NCBI GenBank assembly: GCA_048270185.1
Contig: JBLWTJ010000001.1
Coordinates: 896,001-960,000 of the forward strand
Reading direction: 5' to 3'
DNA from: Bacteriovoracaceae bacterium
GTDB lineage: Bacteria > Bdellovibrionota > Bacteriovoracia > Bacteriovoracales > Bacteriovoracaceae
DNA length: 64,000 nucleotides
Shown here: piece after piece, positions 46,610 through 57,031 of the stretch
Layout: each line of letters opens with the position of its first letter
Position numbering within the stretch: position 1 is the stretch's first letter
Notes under the pieces: model-generated
Told to the model about the DNA's origin: nothing
Seen by the model: only the letters and a program-made list of their open reading frames with translations
The model's database searches: none
Translations under genes and position numbers: made by a program

Positions 46610-47593
46610 TTATTCCTCAATGAATTCATCAAAATTAGCATAGATTACATCCATCAACTCTGCGGCCAGTGCTCTTTGACGAGTACGGTAATCTCGGTAG
46701 ACATCACCAGGACGAACAAGCTTATCAGTATCAGAAGATTTAGAGCTATATTTTTCATATTCGGCCGTCATGGCATCATAGACTTCCTCTAATGTTGCTC
46801 GGTATTCACTTGAGCGTCCAGATAGATTTCCCATTCCCTTCATTAGAGAAAGGGCCATAAGAGTGTTATCTTGTAGACTATCGACTTCAAGGGAATCAAG
46901 AAGACTATTTGTCATAACAGATAGAACTTGTGCTTTTTGTAGATCTGTTAGTTCCCCTTCCCTAGCAAGATCGACAATACTTTCTACAAAGATCGTTAAA
47001 TTAGTTTGGCGACATATCGAGTCCGTCGCTCTTAAGATTCTTGAGAAATCTTCAGTTTTTATCTCATCATAATTATCCAGAACTTCTTGGGCACGCTGTG
47101 GAAATTTACGAGCATCAACTCGACCTTGTGAACTTTCATATAAAGACATGGCCTGGCCAAAGATCTGGGCAAGTGAATCGCGACTAGAATAGAAAGTACT
47201 TTTTGAATCAATAATCGCATCACGTGGCAGAAGATCGTTAATTGTCACTTCACAGTCCGCATTTGCTGATTTAAGAGCTTCAATTTCAACCTGCAGCTCA
47301 GACAGAGCACCATCACCAAATTGACCAGCGTTAACTACTGCAACCTTGTCACTACTTCTCTTGTAGTCATTATTGTCGTGATATTCTTTGCGAGGAACGA
47401 ATTTCTTCTGAAGTCTCTTATTTGTAAAATGAATTGAACGAGTACTTTCATTGTGATGTTCTCTCACCATTTTGGGACGATATTCGTCATTATACGTTTG
47501 ATATAGATAGTAAATGGCACCCAAGACGGCCAAGACGAATGAGAACAATAAAATTCGTTTCTTCACAAAAGTCTTCCTCGAAGATTGATACAA
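46610..47593 (-). CDS. Membrane-anchored hypothetical protein
   Basis: Single N-terminal TM segment followed by a helical soluble region. Confidence 0.65.
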   Translation of the reverse strand: MYQSSRKTFVKKRILLFSFVLAVLGAIYYLYQTYNDEYRPKMVREHHNESTRSIHFTNKRLQKKFVPRKEYHDNNDYKRSSDKVAVVNAGQFGDGALSELQVEIEALKSANADCEVTINDLLPRDAIIDSKSTFYSSRDSLAQIFGQAMSLYESSQGRVDARKFPQRAQEVLDNYDEIKTEDFSRILRATDSICRQTNLTIFVESIVDLAREGELTDLQKAQVLSVMTNSLLDSLEVDSLQDNTLMALSLMKGMGNLSGRSSEYRATLEEVYDAMTAEYEKYSSKSSDTDKLVRPGDVYRDYRTRQRALAAELMDVIYANFDEFIEE

Positions 47594-47808
47594 CCATGTA
47601 AGTGGCTAAAATTACGAAACTCTCTTCATATATGATAGCTAGAGATTGTTGCTATGTCCAAATATCTTTGATATTTGAAGTAAAAACGATGGGATATTAA
47701 GCAATTTGCACAAAAATGGTTGCACTTTTATGACGTTATGTTTATATTCTACAACCTAATAACCCATATATTAATGTAGAGTTTATATAAATAAATAAGG
47801 ATGAAGTG

Positions 47809-48045
47809 ATGGCACGTACATGTGATTTAACAGGAAAGAGAAGACTTATTGGTAACAAAGTTTCTCACGCTAAAAACAGAACTAAAATGGCTCAAAAACC
47901 AAACCTTCAAACAAAGAGAGTTTTTGATCCTGTAACTGGTGAAACAATCAAGCTTAAGCTTTCAACTAGAGCAATCAGAACTCTAGATAAAGTTGGTTCA
48001 CTATCTAAGTTCCTAAAGAAATATAAGCACCTTTGGAACGCTTAA
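47809..48045 (+). CDS. rpmB: 50S ribosomal protein L28
   Basis: MARTCDLTGK...GNKVSHAKNRTK...PNLQ. Confidence 0.95.
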   Translation: MARTCDLTGKRRLIGNKVSHAKNRTKMAQKPNLQTKRVFDPVTGETIKLKLSTRAIRTLDKVGSLSKFLKKYKHLWNA

Positions 48046-48078
48046 TTTAGATTTTAAGAATTTCGATTCATATAAAAG

Positions 48079-48106
48079 AAAAGGCCAGCATTAAGCTGGC
48101 CTTTTT
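48079..48106. terminator. Bidirectional terminator
   Basis: AAAAGGCCAGC-ATTAA-GCTGGCCTTTT. Confidence 0.85.
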
Positions 48107-48129
48107 ATTTTTATAATTTCTATTTTGAA

Positions 48130-49821
48130 TTAGTACTGAACATCTACTTGATCAATAACGAATCCCCAGTTTTGAACTGAACGATCTGATTTGAAAACTA
48201 GCTTTAGAGTATCACCTTCTGCGAAGAATGAAGTGTAGTTCTCACCTGCACCAGTAATAGTCTCAACTAGAGCACCTTTAGAGTCTCTAACTTCGATGAA
48301 GTCATAACGATTCTCAAGATCAAATTTACGAACTCTAACTCTCATGAACTTAGCACCTTCAACTGAATAAGTAGTTTCTAGTGTTTGGTTTTCTGAGTAT
48401 GGGTGAGCTGATTCAAAAGTAGTTACATCAACTGTTTCCCAATCTTCTGGATTTGGTTCGTTTCTTTCTGGAATTGTATCCGTAAGTAGGTTGTAAGCAT
48501 TGATACGACCAGAGTTAATTGTCTTTCCTCTTAGAGCAGCAACTGGATCAGAAGTTACCATTACTTTATTTCTAATTTGTAGTGGAGTTAGATCTTTGTT
48601 CTGAGCAAGTAGAAGACCGATTACACCAGAAACGTGTGGAGTTGCCATTGAAGTTCCTGAGTAAGAAGCGTATCCACCATTTTTAACAGTTGATAGGATC
48701 TCATGTCCTGGAGCACCAATATGTACAGTTGAACGTCCGTAACAAGAGAAGCTTGCTAGTTCATCAGCAGCAGTTGTAGCTGCAACAGAGATAACGTTAT
48801 CGACATTATAATTTGATGGGTAGTGTGGTCTTGAATCGTTATCAGTTGAAGAGTTACCAGCAGCTGCAGTAAATACGATTCCTGCTTCATTAGCTCTTTC
48901 GATTGCTTCTTGAAGAGCTTGTGAGCGTCCGCCCCCACCCCAAGAGTTTGACATTAGATCTACACCAATTTTTGTAGCGTAATCAATTGACTTGATTGCT
49001 GCTTCAGTTGAACCAGAACCGCTATCTGTTAGGAACTTAACTGCTACAAATTGTACATCTCTCATTACCCCAGCAACACCAATTGCGTTGTGTGAAGCAC
49101 CGATTGTACCAGCACAGTGAGTACCGTGTGAGTGACCATCAATTGGATCACCATCATTATTTGCGAAGTCATATCCATGAACGTCATCGATATATCCGTT
49201 TCCGTCATCATCAATTCCGTTACCTGGAATCTCACCTTCGTTTACCCACATTTGATCTCTAAGATCTGGGTGGTTGTAATCAATCCCAGTGTCAATTACT
49301 GCGATCTTGATAGCACGATCACCTTGAGTAATTTCCCAAGCTCTTAATGCATCAACGTCAGCACCTTCAACACCTGAAACACTTCTTGGACCATTTGACC
49401 CTGTGTTTTTTAGACCCCAAAGTTGTCCAAATTTTTCATCAGCTGGCGTGTAGTAAACACCTCTATCTGTATTTGAGTAGCTAAGAATTTCTTCTAGTAC
49501 ATTTGTATGAACGATTGGCTTAACAATTGAATAAATAAAGTTAGGCTCTGCATATTCAACTTCTTCGTTCTCATTCATTTGCTTTGCTAAAGCATCAATT
49601 GAAACGAGAGACTCATTGAATTTTACAACATAAAGATCACCTGAACTTAATTCGATTTTACGATCAAGTGATGAACCTAGAAATGATTGTCCAAAGAAGC
49701 TTTCTGCTTTTACCGACTTCTTAAGCTTAACAATAAGCTCACCTGGAACGTGTTCTGCTGCTAGCGGAGAAAGGGCCATCGCTGAAACAACAACCGGTGC
49801 TAGAAATGATTTGATTTTCAT
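48130..49821 (-). CDS. S8 subtilisin-like serine protease with C-terminal CUB-like domain
   Basis: AVIDTG, HGTHCAG, GTSMATP and ESAHPY..FDLE..YD..FKSDRSV..WGF. Confidence 0.93.
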   Translation of the reverse strand: MKIKSFLAPVVVSAMALSPLAAEHVPGELIVKLKKSVKAESFFGQSFLGSSLDRKIELSSGDLYVVKFNESLVSIDALAKQMNENEEVEYAEPNFIYSIVKPIVHTNVLEEILSYSNTDRGVYYTPADEKFGQLWGLKNTGSNGPRSVSGVEGADVDALRAWEITQGDRAIKIAVIDTGIDYNHPDLRDQMWVNEGEIPGNGIDDDGNGYIDDVHGYDFANNDGDPIDGHSHGTHCAGTIGASHNAIGVAGVMRDVQFVAVKFLTDSGSGSTEAAIKSIDYATKIGVDLMSNSWGGGGRSQALQEAIERANEAGIVFTAAAGNSSTDNDSRPHYPSNYNVDNVISVAATTAADELASFSCYGRSTVHIGAPGHEILSTVKNGGYASYSGTSMATPHVSGVIGLLLAQNKDLTPLQIRNKVMVTSDPVAALRGKTINSGRINAYNLLTDTIPERNEPNPEDWETVDVTTFESAHPYSENQTLETTYSVEGAKFMRVRVRKFDLENRYDFIEVRDSKGALVETITGAGENYTSFFAEGDTLKLVFKSDRSVQNWGFVIDQVDVQY

Positions 49822-49841
49822 TAGATCCTCCTAATCTGGAA

Positions 49842-49859
49842 TCTCCCATCCGTGAGAGA
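49842..49859 (-). promoter_or_regulatory. Candidate CsrA/RsmA binding hairpin in the protease leader
   Basis: Minus strand TCTCTCA-CGGA-TGGGAGA presents GGA in a hairpin loop just upstream of the AGGAGG RBS. Confidence 0.5.
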
Positions 49860-49970
49860 CTTTTTTGTGTTTGTACTCTTAAATTTCGTCTGTCGATTAT
49901 TTTATCACCAATTCAGAGGCAAAAATTTCAAAACATACAAAAACATGAAAATGTGAGAAAATGTTAGTTA

Positions 49971-50645
49971 ATGATACATGGCAAAAGTGGTGACCCAGTC
50001 CTAATTAAAAGAATCAAACTTAACGTTTGGACCCTTCGAGATGAAGTCGAAGCGGCCATAAAATTGCGTTATAAAGACGGCGAAAAGCCTAATATTGATG
50101 ACCTTATCGAGGTTTATAAGGACAAAGGTGAACTCCCTATTTTAGATGAAGTTGATGAAGGTTCAGATGAACTTGATCCTCAAGCTTTAGCTGATGCGGC
50201 CATGGCCGGTGAGAATGTTACGCCGATCAAAGAGACTAAAGTTATCAAGCAATTTCTACCTGACTTACCGCAAGAAAAACTCTATGTGGGGAATCTATTG
50301 CTATCAGAATTATACATGGAAGGTATGTACTTTTTTTGTGAGAGACAATTCACTCAGGGTCAATCAATTGTTGTTGATATTCAGATCCCAAATCGTATTA
50401 TTTTGAATGGTGTCGTGGTTTTCTCTCGCGCCTTTAATATGAAAAGTCGTATTATCTCTCAAACAAGTATGCCTTTCCGTACAGGAATTAAGTTTAGTTT
50501 CCTAAAAGAGGGTGAAAGAACTCTTCTTCGTAATTTTATCAAGTCAATTGAGCCTGAAGTTGTTGAAGTAAAAGCTGCTCCGAGTGCTGCAGCTACTTCT
50601 GATGATGAAAGTGATGGGGACTTCGATATCTTTGACGATCTCTAA
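49971..50645 (+). CDS. PilZ-like domain protein (degenerate)
   Basis: ELYMEGMYF...GVVV...TGIKF beta-barrel pattern without RxxxR. Confidence 0.55.
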   Translation: MIHGKSGDPVLIKRIKLNVWTLRDEVEAAIKLRYKDGEKPNIDDLIEVYKDKGELPILDEVDEGSDELDPQALADAAMAGENVTPIKETKVIKQFLPDLPQEKLYVGNLLLSELYMEGMYFFCERQFTQGQSIVVDIQIPNRIILNGVVVFSRAFNMKSRIISQTSMPFRTGIKFSFLKEGERTLLRNFIKSIEPEVVEVKAAPSAAATSDDESDGDFDIFDDL

Positions 50646-50665
50646 TAAGAATTCTAATATTTCTT

Positions 50666-51673
50666 ATGCAAAATATTAAACGTAATTACTTTTCACTAAG
50701 CCTTGTTTCAATCCTATTTGTCACTCTCCTATTCGGCGCTGTGATCAGTGAGTTTTTTCAGGCCCCAGTAATTACATCAAAGGAATTATCAAACCTTCAA
50801 TTTCTTTTTACTAGTGATCAAATTGATAAGGTTGATAATATCTCCCTGCAGTCAAACCTGGGTCGCTTTAGTCTTGCAAAGAATAAGAACCAGTGGATTA
50901 TCACAAAGCCTAGACGTATTAACGCCAACGAAACTGTCATTACAAAACTTCTTGATTCACTAAAGAATGTAAAAATTAAAAAGATCTTCCCGAAAGATCC
51001 AATTAACTTATCGAACTTCTCTCTTGATAACCCGACTTCAACAATTACTCTAAAGGGTGAATCAGGTGGAGATGAAACGATCTCATTTGGTCTAATCAAT
51101 CCTATTGATAATTCAACATATGTTGTTAGTGATAAAGACAATGCTATCTATCACGTTAATGCTGTTAAGTTTTCACTTGAAAAAATTGATTTACCATCAC
51201 TCATCGACTCACGAGTCTTCAGTTACGCCCCTAGTGATATTCGTGCCGTGACAGTTATCAATTCAGGTAAAGTTCGTTTTGAGTTTAGTCGCAATAATAA
51301 CGATATTTGGGTGTCTGGAAACAAGGCCCTTGATGATGAGTCAGTCCAAGACTTCTTAGTAAAGCTTACAAGCTTTAAATCAAATTCAATTCTTGATAAG
51401 AGAACAGAAGATATGGATAAGGCCATTGATCGCTACCTAGCAAAGCCTTATTTTAAAATCATTGTTAAGATTAAAACTGGTGAAGATATTGAGTACGATC
51501 TTTCATGGGTTTTAAATTCACTACCTGATTTAAATATTGAAAAGAAAGAAAACTTCATTATTCGAGCATCTAATAGAGAGCACCCGTTCCTTGTTAGTAA
51601 GGAGTATATGAGTATTCTCTATAAACGTCTAAATTCTTTTAGGCCGAGTCCTCTTAATAATATTATTTACTAG
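50666..51673 (+). CDS. DUF4340 domain protein
   Basis: N-terminal TM and duplicated W.I..P...A....V..LL / FSLDNP / FG..NP...STYV motifs. Confidence 0.7.
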   Translation: MQNIKRNYFSLSLVSILFVTLLFGAVISEFFQAPVITSKELSNLQFLFTSDQIDKVDNISLQSNLGRFSLAKNKNQWIITKPRRINANETVITKLLDSLKNVKIKKIFPKDPINLSNFSLDNPTSTITLKGESGGDETISFGLINPIDNSTYVVSDKDNAIYHVNAVKFSLEKIDLPSLIDSRVFSYAPSDIRAVTVINSGKVRFEFSRNNNDIWVSGNKALDDESVQDFLVKLTSFKSNSILDKRTEDMDKAIDRYLAKPYFKIIVKIKTGEDIEYDLSWVLNSLPDLNIEKKENFIIRASNREHPFLVSKEYMSILYKRLNSFRPSPLNNIIY

Positions 51674-52560
51674 GCGACGAGCTTACTTAGAATCTTTGAT
51701 GCTTCACCTTCAACTTCATCAATAACATGTTGAATGGCCTTACCAATTCGATGGTGCTTGATTGGAAATTTAGCGAAAGGTACAAAGATAAAGTAGGTCT
51801 CACCCTTACATGACTCAAGAGCGTTTAAGTCTTTGAAGATATTCTCATCGAAATCAATCTTAATACTCTTAGACTTGGTATTAGAAATAACTTCATCTAA
51901 TTCTTCATAGGTCTTTCCATTAGCACTGAGGAGCCCCCCTACCTCAGCACTAAGAGAAATTTGATCGGCCTGGGAAAGGCTTAAGAAGTTCTTGTGTCCC
52001 TCAATTGATACAAGGATTCCCTTGCGACTCAATTGCACAATCTGTCCATCGACCGGCTTTAATATTGAATTCCAAAATGAAAACTTTGCTTTTAAATTTG
52101 TATTCATTCTAAAGTCACGATGACTAAGAGAAAGATTAGTTAGAAGACGATCATAGACAAATAATTTGTAAATATCGTAATCAACCCATCTCATCGAATG
52201 CAGGTGCATGAAAGGTCCTGCTTTATGCTTTAAAGATATAAGAGTTTGTTTATTTACATCAAACCAAAGATGCTTAAGTCTTGGATCAATATAGAAGTTA
52301 TAAAGATCATAGAGAGTGGTCTCCATCTCACCTTTCTTATTAACAAGCCAAACTGGAATCTCTTTAAAAGATTCAAGTTCTTGCTTAACTTCTTCAACAC
52401 TCATTGAAGAATCCCCAGCGATATGGCGATCTTTCATTGCTTGAATAAGCTTTGACCAATTTGACCAGTGAAGACTATAAGGTCCTTCATCAAATAATTG
52501 AATTGATTCAAAAAGTTTCGGGTCTGCAATGTAATCTTCTAAATTCTTTAGAGCACTCAT
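51670..52560 (-). CDS. Hypothetical protein with PilZ-like segment
   Basis: HRDFRM...IVQLSRKGILV resembles PilZ signature motifs. Confidence 0.5.
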   Translation of the reverse strand: MSALKNLEDYIADPKLFESIQLFDEGPYSLHWSNWSKLIQAMKDRHIAGDSSMSVEEVKQELESFKEIPVWLVNKKGEMETTLYDLYNFYIDPRLKHLWFDVNKQTLISLKHKAGPFMHLHSMRWVDYDIYKLFVYDRLLTNLSLSHRDFRMNTNLKAKFSFWNSILKPVDGQIVQLSRKGILVSIEGHKNFLSLSQADQISLSAEVGGLLSANGKTYEELDEVISNTKSKSIKIDFDENIFKDLNALESCKGETYFIFVPFAKFPIKHHRIGKAIQHVIDEVEGEASKILSKLVA

Positions 52561-52784
52561 GGCCTTCTCTCTTGTCAAAATTTCTTCAACTTGTGTTGTA
52601 TCTATCCACTATAGCAACATGGTTAAGAAACACGAGGCAAAGCTGGTGCAAGTGTTTAGTTACTAATAAAATTGGATACTTAAGTCATAAACAAGGGCTT
52701 TTTCCAAGAATGTGTTCAATTGAGAAAAATTGCCTATTTTCGTTGGTGTTTAGTGATTTTAAACCCTTAGGGTATAATTACTCT

Positions 52785-53795
52785 ATGAACGCGACTGATA
52801 TCTTTAGAAAGTCACATTTGGCCTTGAATTTAACTCCCTTTACGATCAGGGAGCTCTTTAATATTCCAACGACCCCTTGTGATGTATATATCTTTAAAGA
52901 TGGAAAGTTTCAGCATAGCCTCTATCGTGGCACATACGTTGCTAATGACACTCTTAAAGAAATGATCGAAGATGGGCATACGATTGTCTTTGCAAGCCAT
53001 GCTCAAAGAGTGGAGCTAAAGGAATTACAACAAGAAATTCTACGCCAAACAACGCGCTCTTTTTCAATGGGAGACTCTTACCAAAACTGTAAGGATCAGC
53101 TCAACCTCATTACCATTAACATGCGCTATCTCTTTGAGGACCCTACTGATGATAATACAATTAATCTTCAGTATCAGAGCTTAAAAGTCCTGGCCAATTA
53201 CCTCATTCAAAACCCAAAGAAGCACGAGGCCTTATATCGTTATTTCTCAAGTCAGGGCCATCACTATATTTTTGCTCAACCCATGCTTTCGTCAATTTTT
53301 TTAGTGGGTATTTTAAAGACTTCTCAGCTCTACAATAATAAAGATATCGAGAATTTCTTTATCACAAGTTACTTTAAAGATATTGGGATGTCGGCCATTC
53401 CTATTGAAAAATACGACAAGCAAAACTTATCGGAAATGGATAAGACTCTCCTTGCAAAACACCCTGTGATTTCTTCTCGCATTCTACAAGGTCGAATTCA
53501 ATTAAGCCCTGCTCATATGAAGGTCATTGAAAATCATCACACGTTCAGTATTCTAGATAAGTACGATACTGAGGGGCAGTACTCAAAGAATTTAACTGTT
53601 GTTGGATTTGAAACCATCATGGTGAATATTTGTGACATCGTTGCGGCCATGATCTCTCCTCGCCCTTATAGAGAGGCTTTAACCATCTTTGATGCTTTAG
53701 AAAAAGTACGAACACATATCGGAAAAGATTATCCTCACGAGTTTAAAATCATCATTAACTACTTCCGCAATTTCTTTACAACTTCAGTCAAGTAA
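52785..53795 (+). CDS. Degenerate HD-GYP domain protein
   Basis: FKDIGM (HD changed to KD), HP, ENHH and CDIVAAMISPRPYR. No GYP motif. Confidence 0.7.
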   Translation: MNATDIFRKSHLALNLTPFTIRELFNIPTTPCDVYIFKDGKFQHSLYRGTYVANDTLKEMIEDGHTIVFASHAQRVELKELQQEILRQTTRSFSMGDSYQNCKDQLNLITINMRYLFEDPTDDNTINLQYQSLKVLANYLIQNPKKHEALYRYFSSQGHHYIFAQPMLSSIFLVGILKTSQLYNNKDIENFFITSYFKDIGMSAIPIEKYDKQNLSEMDKTLLAKHPVISSRILQGRIQLSPAHMKVIENHHTFSILDKYDTEGQYSKNLTVVGFETIMVNICDIVAAMISPRPYREALTIFDALEKVRTHIGKDYPHEFKIIINYFRNFFTTSVK

Positions 53796-53914
53796 AAAAA
53801 ACTTTTCATAACGTTTTAAATATTTCACAATTAAATGAGACCAAGGACTAAGGTTAATATATTTTTAATTACATATATTTAAATTCAACAATTGCCAGAT
53901 TCTAGGGAGGGAAC

Positions 53915-54130
53915 ATGGCCAACGAAGTAAGCCCGGTAACGGGAATTATTGCAGAAGAAAATGTCTTTATCGATTTTGGAGAACACGAGGGCAAATCAGT
54001 CCTTGAGGTCCAAGACACTTTGCCAGATTATTACGATTATCTGATTAACAAAAGAGAAGAAGGAATTTGCACTATTCGTCGCAACCAAGATAAGTCCTTC
54101 AGACTCTACGTCTCAAACACATTACAATAA
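53915..54130 (+). CDS. Small protein with FGxHxG motif (DUF3820-like)
   Basis: IDFGEHEGKSVLEV...DYYDYL. Strong RBS GGGAGG. Confidence 0.6.
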   Translation: MANEVSPVTGIIAEENVFIDFGEHEGKSVLEVQDTLPDYYDYLINKREEGICTIRRNQDKSFRLYVSNTLQ

Positions 54131-54140
54131 GTTACAGCGC

Positions 54141-54167
54141 AGGGCGGCTCAAAAACCGCCCTTTTTT
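54141..54167 (+). terminator. Intrinsic terminator
   Basis: AGGGCGG..CCGCCCT followed by a T-run. Confidence 0.75.
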
Positions 54168-54186
54168 AACGAAATCTTAATAAACA
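54165..54186 (+). promoter_or_regulatory. Candidate Pho box
   Basis: 11-bp-period direct repeat TTTAACGAAAT/CTTAATAAACA upstream of pstS. Confidence 0.45.
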
Positions 54187-54240
54187 CCCTATTATCGATA
54201 TGCTAAATTTCCTAAGTAACACATATTTAGGAGACAACAC

Positions 54241-55239
54241 ATGTTCAAGAAACTACTAGTACTAATTTGTGCCATATTTACGGCCCAAGGTGCTATGGCC
54301 ATCAAAATCAATGCGGCCGGAGCTTCATTTCCATATGCCATTTACTCAAAATGGTTTTCAGAATACTCAAAACTACACCCAGAAATTCAATTCAACTATC
54401 AGCCAATTGGATCAGGTGGTGGTATTCGCCAACTAATAAAAGAAACAGTTGATTTTGGTGCTTCCGATGCACCAATGAAAGATAAAGATAAGAAGAAAGC
54501 AAAGTGGCCAGTACTTCACGTACCAATGGTACTAGGAGCAGTTGCTATTGCTTACAACCACCCAGGTGTTCCTGATGAGTTAAAGCTTGATGGTGCCGCA
54601 CTCGCTGATATCTACCTTGGTAAGATCACAAAGTGGAATGCACCACAAATTGCTAAACTTAACCCAGGTGTGACTCTTCCAGGAGACGATATTCTTGTTG
54701 TTAGAAGAGCTGATGGATCAGGGACAACGAAGAACTTTGCTGACTTCTTAGTTGATGTAAGTAGCGAGTGGAAGCAAAGAGTTGGTACAGGTAAGTCACT
54801 TAGATGGCCGACAGGTATTGGTGCAAAGGGTAACGACGGAGTTACTTCCATTGTAAGCAATACAAAAGGTGCCATCACTTATATGGACCTTGCACACGCA
54901 AGAAAGAATAGTATCAAAACTGTAGCTCTTAAGAATAAATCAGGTGAATTTATCAATCCAACAGTTGAAGCTGTTTCAAAATCTGCCGAGAACTTTAAGA
55001 CAAATGGCAAGGAATTAACTGGCTCCCTCATCAATGGACCAAGTAAAGGCGCCTATCCAATTAGTGCCCTAACTTACATCCTTCTACCAATGGTTGAAAA
55101 AGATAAAAAACGTGAAGAAATTTACAAATTTGTTGAATGGGCCATCAGTACTGGTCAAGATTATGCAAAAGAGCTGTATTATGCTCCACTTCCAAAGAGC
55201 CTTTCCAAAAAAGTTCTAACTAGTGTAAAATCTCTTTAA
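54241..55239 (+). CDS. pstS: Phosphate ABC transporter substrate-binding protein
   Basis: AGASFP, GSGGG, DFGASD, RADGSGTT and YPIS. Confidence 0.95.
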   Translation: MFKKLLVLICAIFTAQGAMAIKINAAGASFPYAIYSKWFSEYSKLHPEIQFNYQPIGSGGGIRQLIKETVDFGASDAPMKDKDKKKAKWPVLHVPMVLGAVAIAYNHPGVPDELKLDGAALADIYLGKITKWNAPQIAKLNPGVTLPGDDILVVRRADGSGTTKNFADFLVDVSSEWKQRVGTGKSLRWPTGIGAKGNDGVTSIVSNTKGAITYMDLAHARKNSIKTVALKNKSGEFINPTVEAVSKSAENFKTNGKELTGSLINGPSKGAYPISALTYILLPMVEKDKKREEIYKFVEWAISTGQDYAKELYYAPLPKSLSKKVLTSVKSL

Positions 55240-56174
55240 TGAATTTACTTAAAAACTTAAGGTCACCTTCAGTCCAAGACAAGGTGGCCTATACTACCCT
55301 ACGATTCTTTTCACTCATCGTTATCATTCTACTAGCTCTAATGATTGGCCAACTATTCTTTGCCAGTCGTGAAGCCTTTAGCGAATTTGGATTTAGTTTC
55401 ATCACTGATGATTTCTGGAATCCAATCGATGATGAATTTGGTGCCCTTCCATTTATCTTCGGAACTGTTGTAACAAGTATTCTTGCACTTCTGATGGCAG
55501 GCCCAGTTAGTATTTCAGTAGCACTCTTTATTACGGAGTATCTACCAAAGGGTATATCAAATATCCTTGGAACTTTCGTTGAGTTAATTGCAGCTGTTCC
55601 AAGTATTATCTTTGGCCTATGGGGCCTTTATTATCTTGCTCCATTTGTAAAAAACTCAGTAAGTCCACCCCTAAAGTCGGCCTTTGGCTTCATGCCTCTG
55701 TTTCAAGGTCCAAGCTTTGGAATTGGAATTCTTACGGCCTCAATTATTTTGGCCATAATGATTATTCCAACGATCTCCTCTGTTGCAAGAGAAGTCTTTA
55801 AGTCAGTTAGCATTCTTCACAAAGAAGCAGCACTTGGCCTTGGAGCAACTAAATTTGAAATGATTAAGATTGCAGTATTAAGGCCTAGTTTTTCAGGGAT
55901 AGTTGGGGCCCTTGTTCTAGGACTTGGACGAGCTCTTGGCGAAACGATGGCCGTTGCCATGGTTATTGGAAATACCCCACAAATATCAAAATCAATTTTT
56001 GCACCAGCATCAACAATGGCCTCAGTGATGGCCAATGAATATGCAGAAGCGGAAAGTGATCTTCACTTATCTGCTCTATGTCTTGTGGGCCTACTACTCT
56101 TCGTAGTTACTTTCGTTATTAATTTAATGGCAAGAACAATTGTCTGGAATCAAACGAAGGGGGCCAAGAAATGA
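55239..56174 (+). CDS. pstC: Phosphate ABC transporter permease
   Basis: AAVPSIIFGLWG and GRALGETMAV. Confidence 0.95.
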   Translation: MNLLKNLRSPSVQDKVAYTTLRFFSLIVIILLALMIGQLFFASREAFSEFGFSFITDDFWNPIDDEFGALPFIFGTVVTSILALLMAGPVSISVALFITEYLPKGISNILGTFVELIAAVPSIIFGLWGLYYLAPFVKNSVSPPLKSAFGFMPLFQGPSFGIGILTASIILAIMIIPTISSVAREVFKSVSILHKEAALGLGATKFEMIKIAVLRPSFSGIVGALVLGLGRALGETMAVAMVIGNTPQISKSIFAPASTMASVMANEYAEAESDLHLSALCLVGLLLFVVTFVINLMARTIVWNQTKGAKK

Positions 56175-57031
56175 GTCTATCTACTTCAAGAAGAGCGAAG
56201 AACTTTATCTTTAAGTCACTATTAGTACTAAGCGCCCTACTCGTTATTCTGCCACTCGTTTTAGTTTTTATCTTTTTAATGCAAAAAGGTTCAAGTTCAT
56301 TGAGCTTAGAATTTTTCTTAAATGATCCCAAACCAGTTGGCGAAGTTGGTGGTGGAATGAGACATGCTATTGTCGGAACTCTAATGATGGTTTCCCTAGG
56401 CTCTCTTATTGCAGTACCTGTTGGGACTCTTTGTGGCGTTTACTTAAGTGAATTTGGAAAAGGAAAGATTGCAACTTTTCTAAGATTTACAATTGATCTT
56501 TTAACAGGGGTTCCTTCAATCGTTGTCGGTATCTTTTCTTATCTGATCTTTGTTGTAAGTTTTAAATCCTTCTCTGCTCTTGCAGGAGCCTTTGCACTTA
56601 GTATTATTATCCTTCCAATTGTCACAAGAACAACAGAAGAAATTTTAAAACTTATACCACGCCATGTGCGTGAAGCAGGCCTTGCTCTTGGACTTCCAAG
56701 ATGGCGAGTCATCTACAATATTATCCTAAAAGGTTCACGTAGCTCTCTAACAACAGGAGTTATCCTTGCGGTTTCAAGAGCAGCAGGTGAAACAGCACCT
56801 CTACTCTTTACGGCCTTTGGAAGTATGTATCTAAGCTATAGTGTTACAGGACCAATGGCATCACTTCCTGTTCAAATTTATAATTATGCCATTAGCCCTT
56901 ATAAAGATTGGCAACAACAAGCCTGGGCAGGCTCTTTTACACTTATTATCATCGTTCTAGGACTAAACCTAAGTGCGAAATTCTTTTTTAATACAAAAGC
57001 AATTAAGAAATTCTTTGTGAGGAAATCATAA
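56171..57031 (+). CDS. pstA: Phosphate ABC transporter permease
   Basis: GVPSIVVG and RAAGETAPLL. Confidence 0.95.
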   Translation: MSLSTSRRAKNFIFKSLLVLSALLVILPLVLVFIFLMQKGSSSLSLEFFLNDPKPVGEVGGGMRHAIVGTLMMVSLGSLIAVPVGTLCGVYLSEFGKGKIATFLRFTIDLLTGVPSIVVGIFSYLIFVVSFKSFSALAGAFALSIIILPIVTRTTEEILKLIPRHVREAGLALGLPRWRVIYNIILKGSRSSLTTGVILAVSRAAGETAPLLFTAFGSMYLSYSVTGPMASLPVQIYNYAISPYKDWQQQAWAGSFTLIIIVLGLNLSAKFFFNTKAIKKFFVRKS

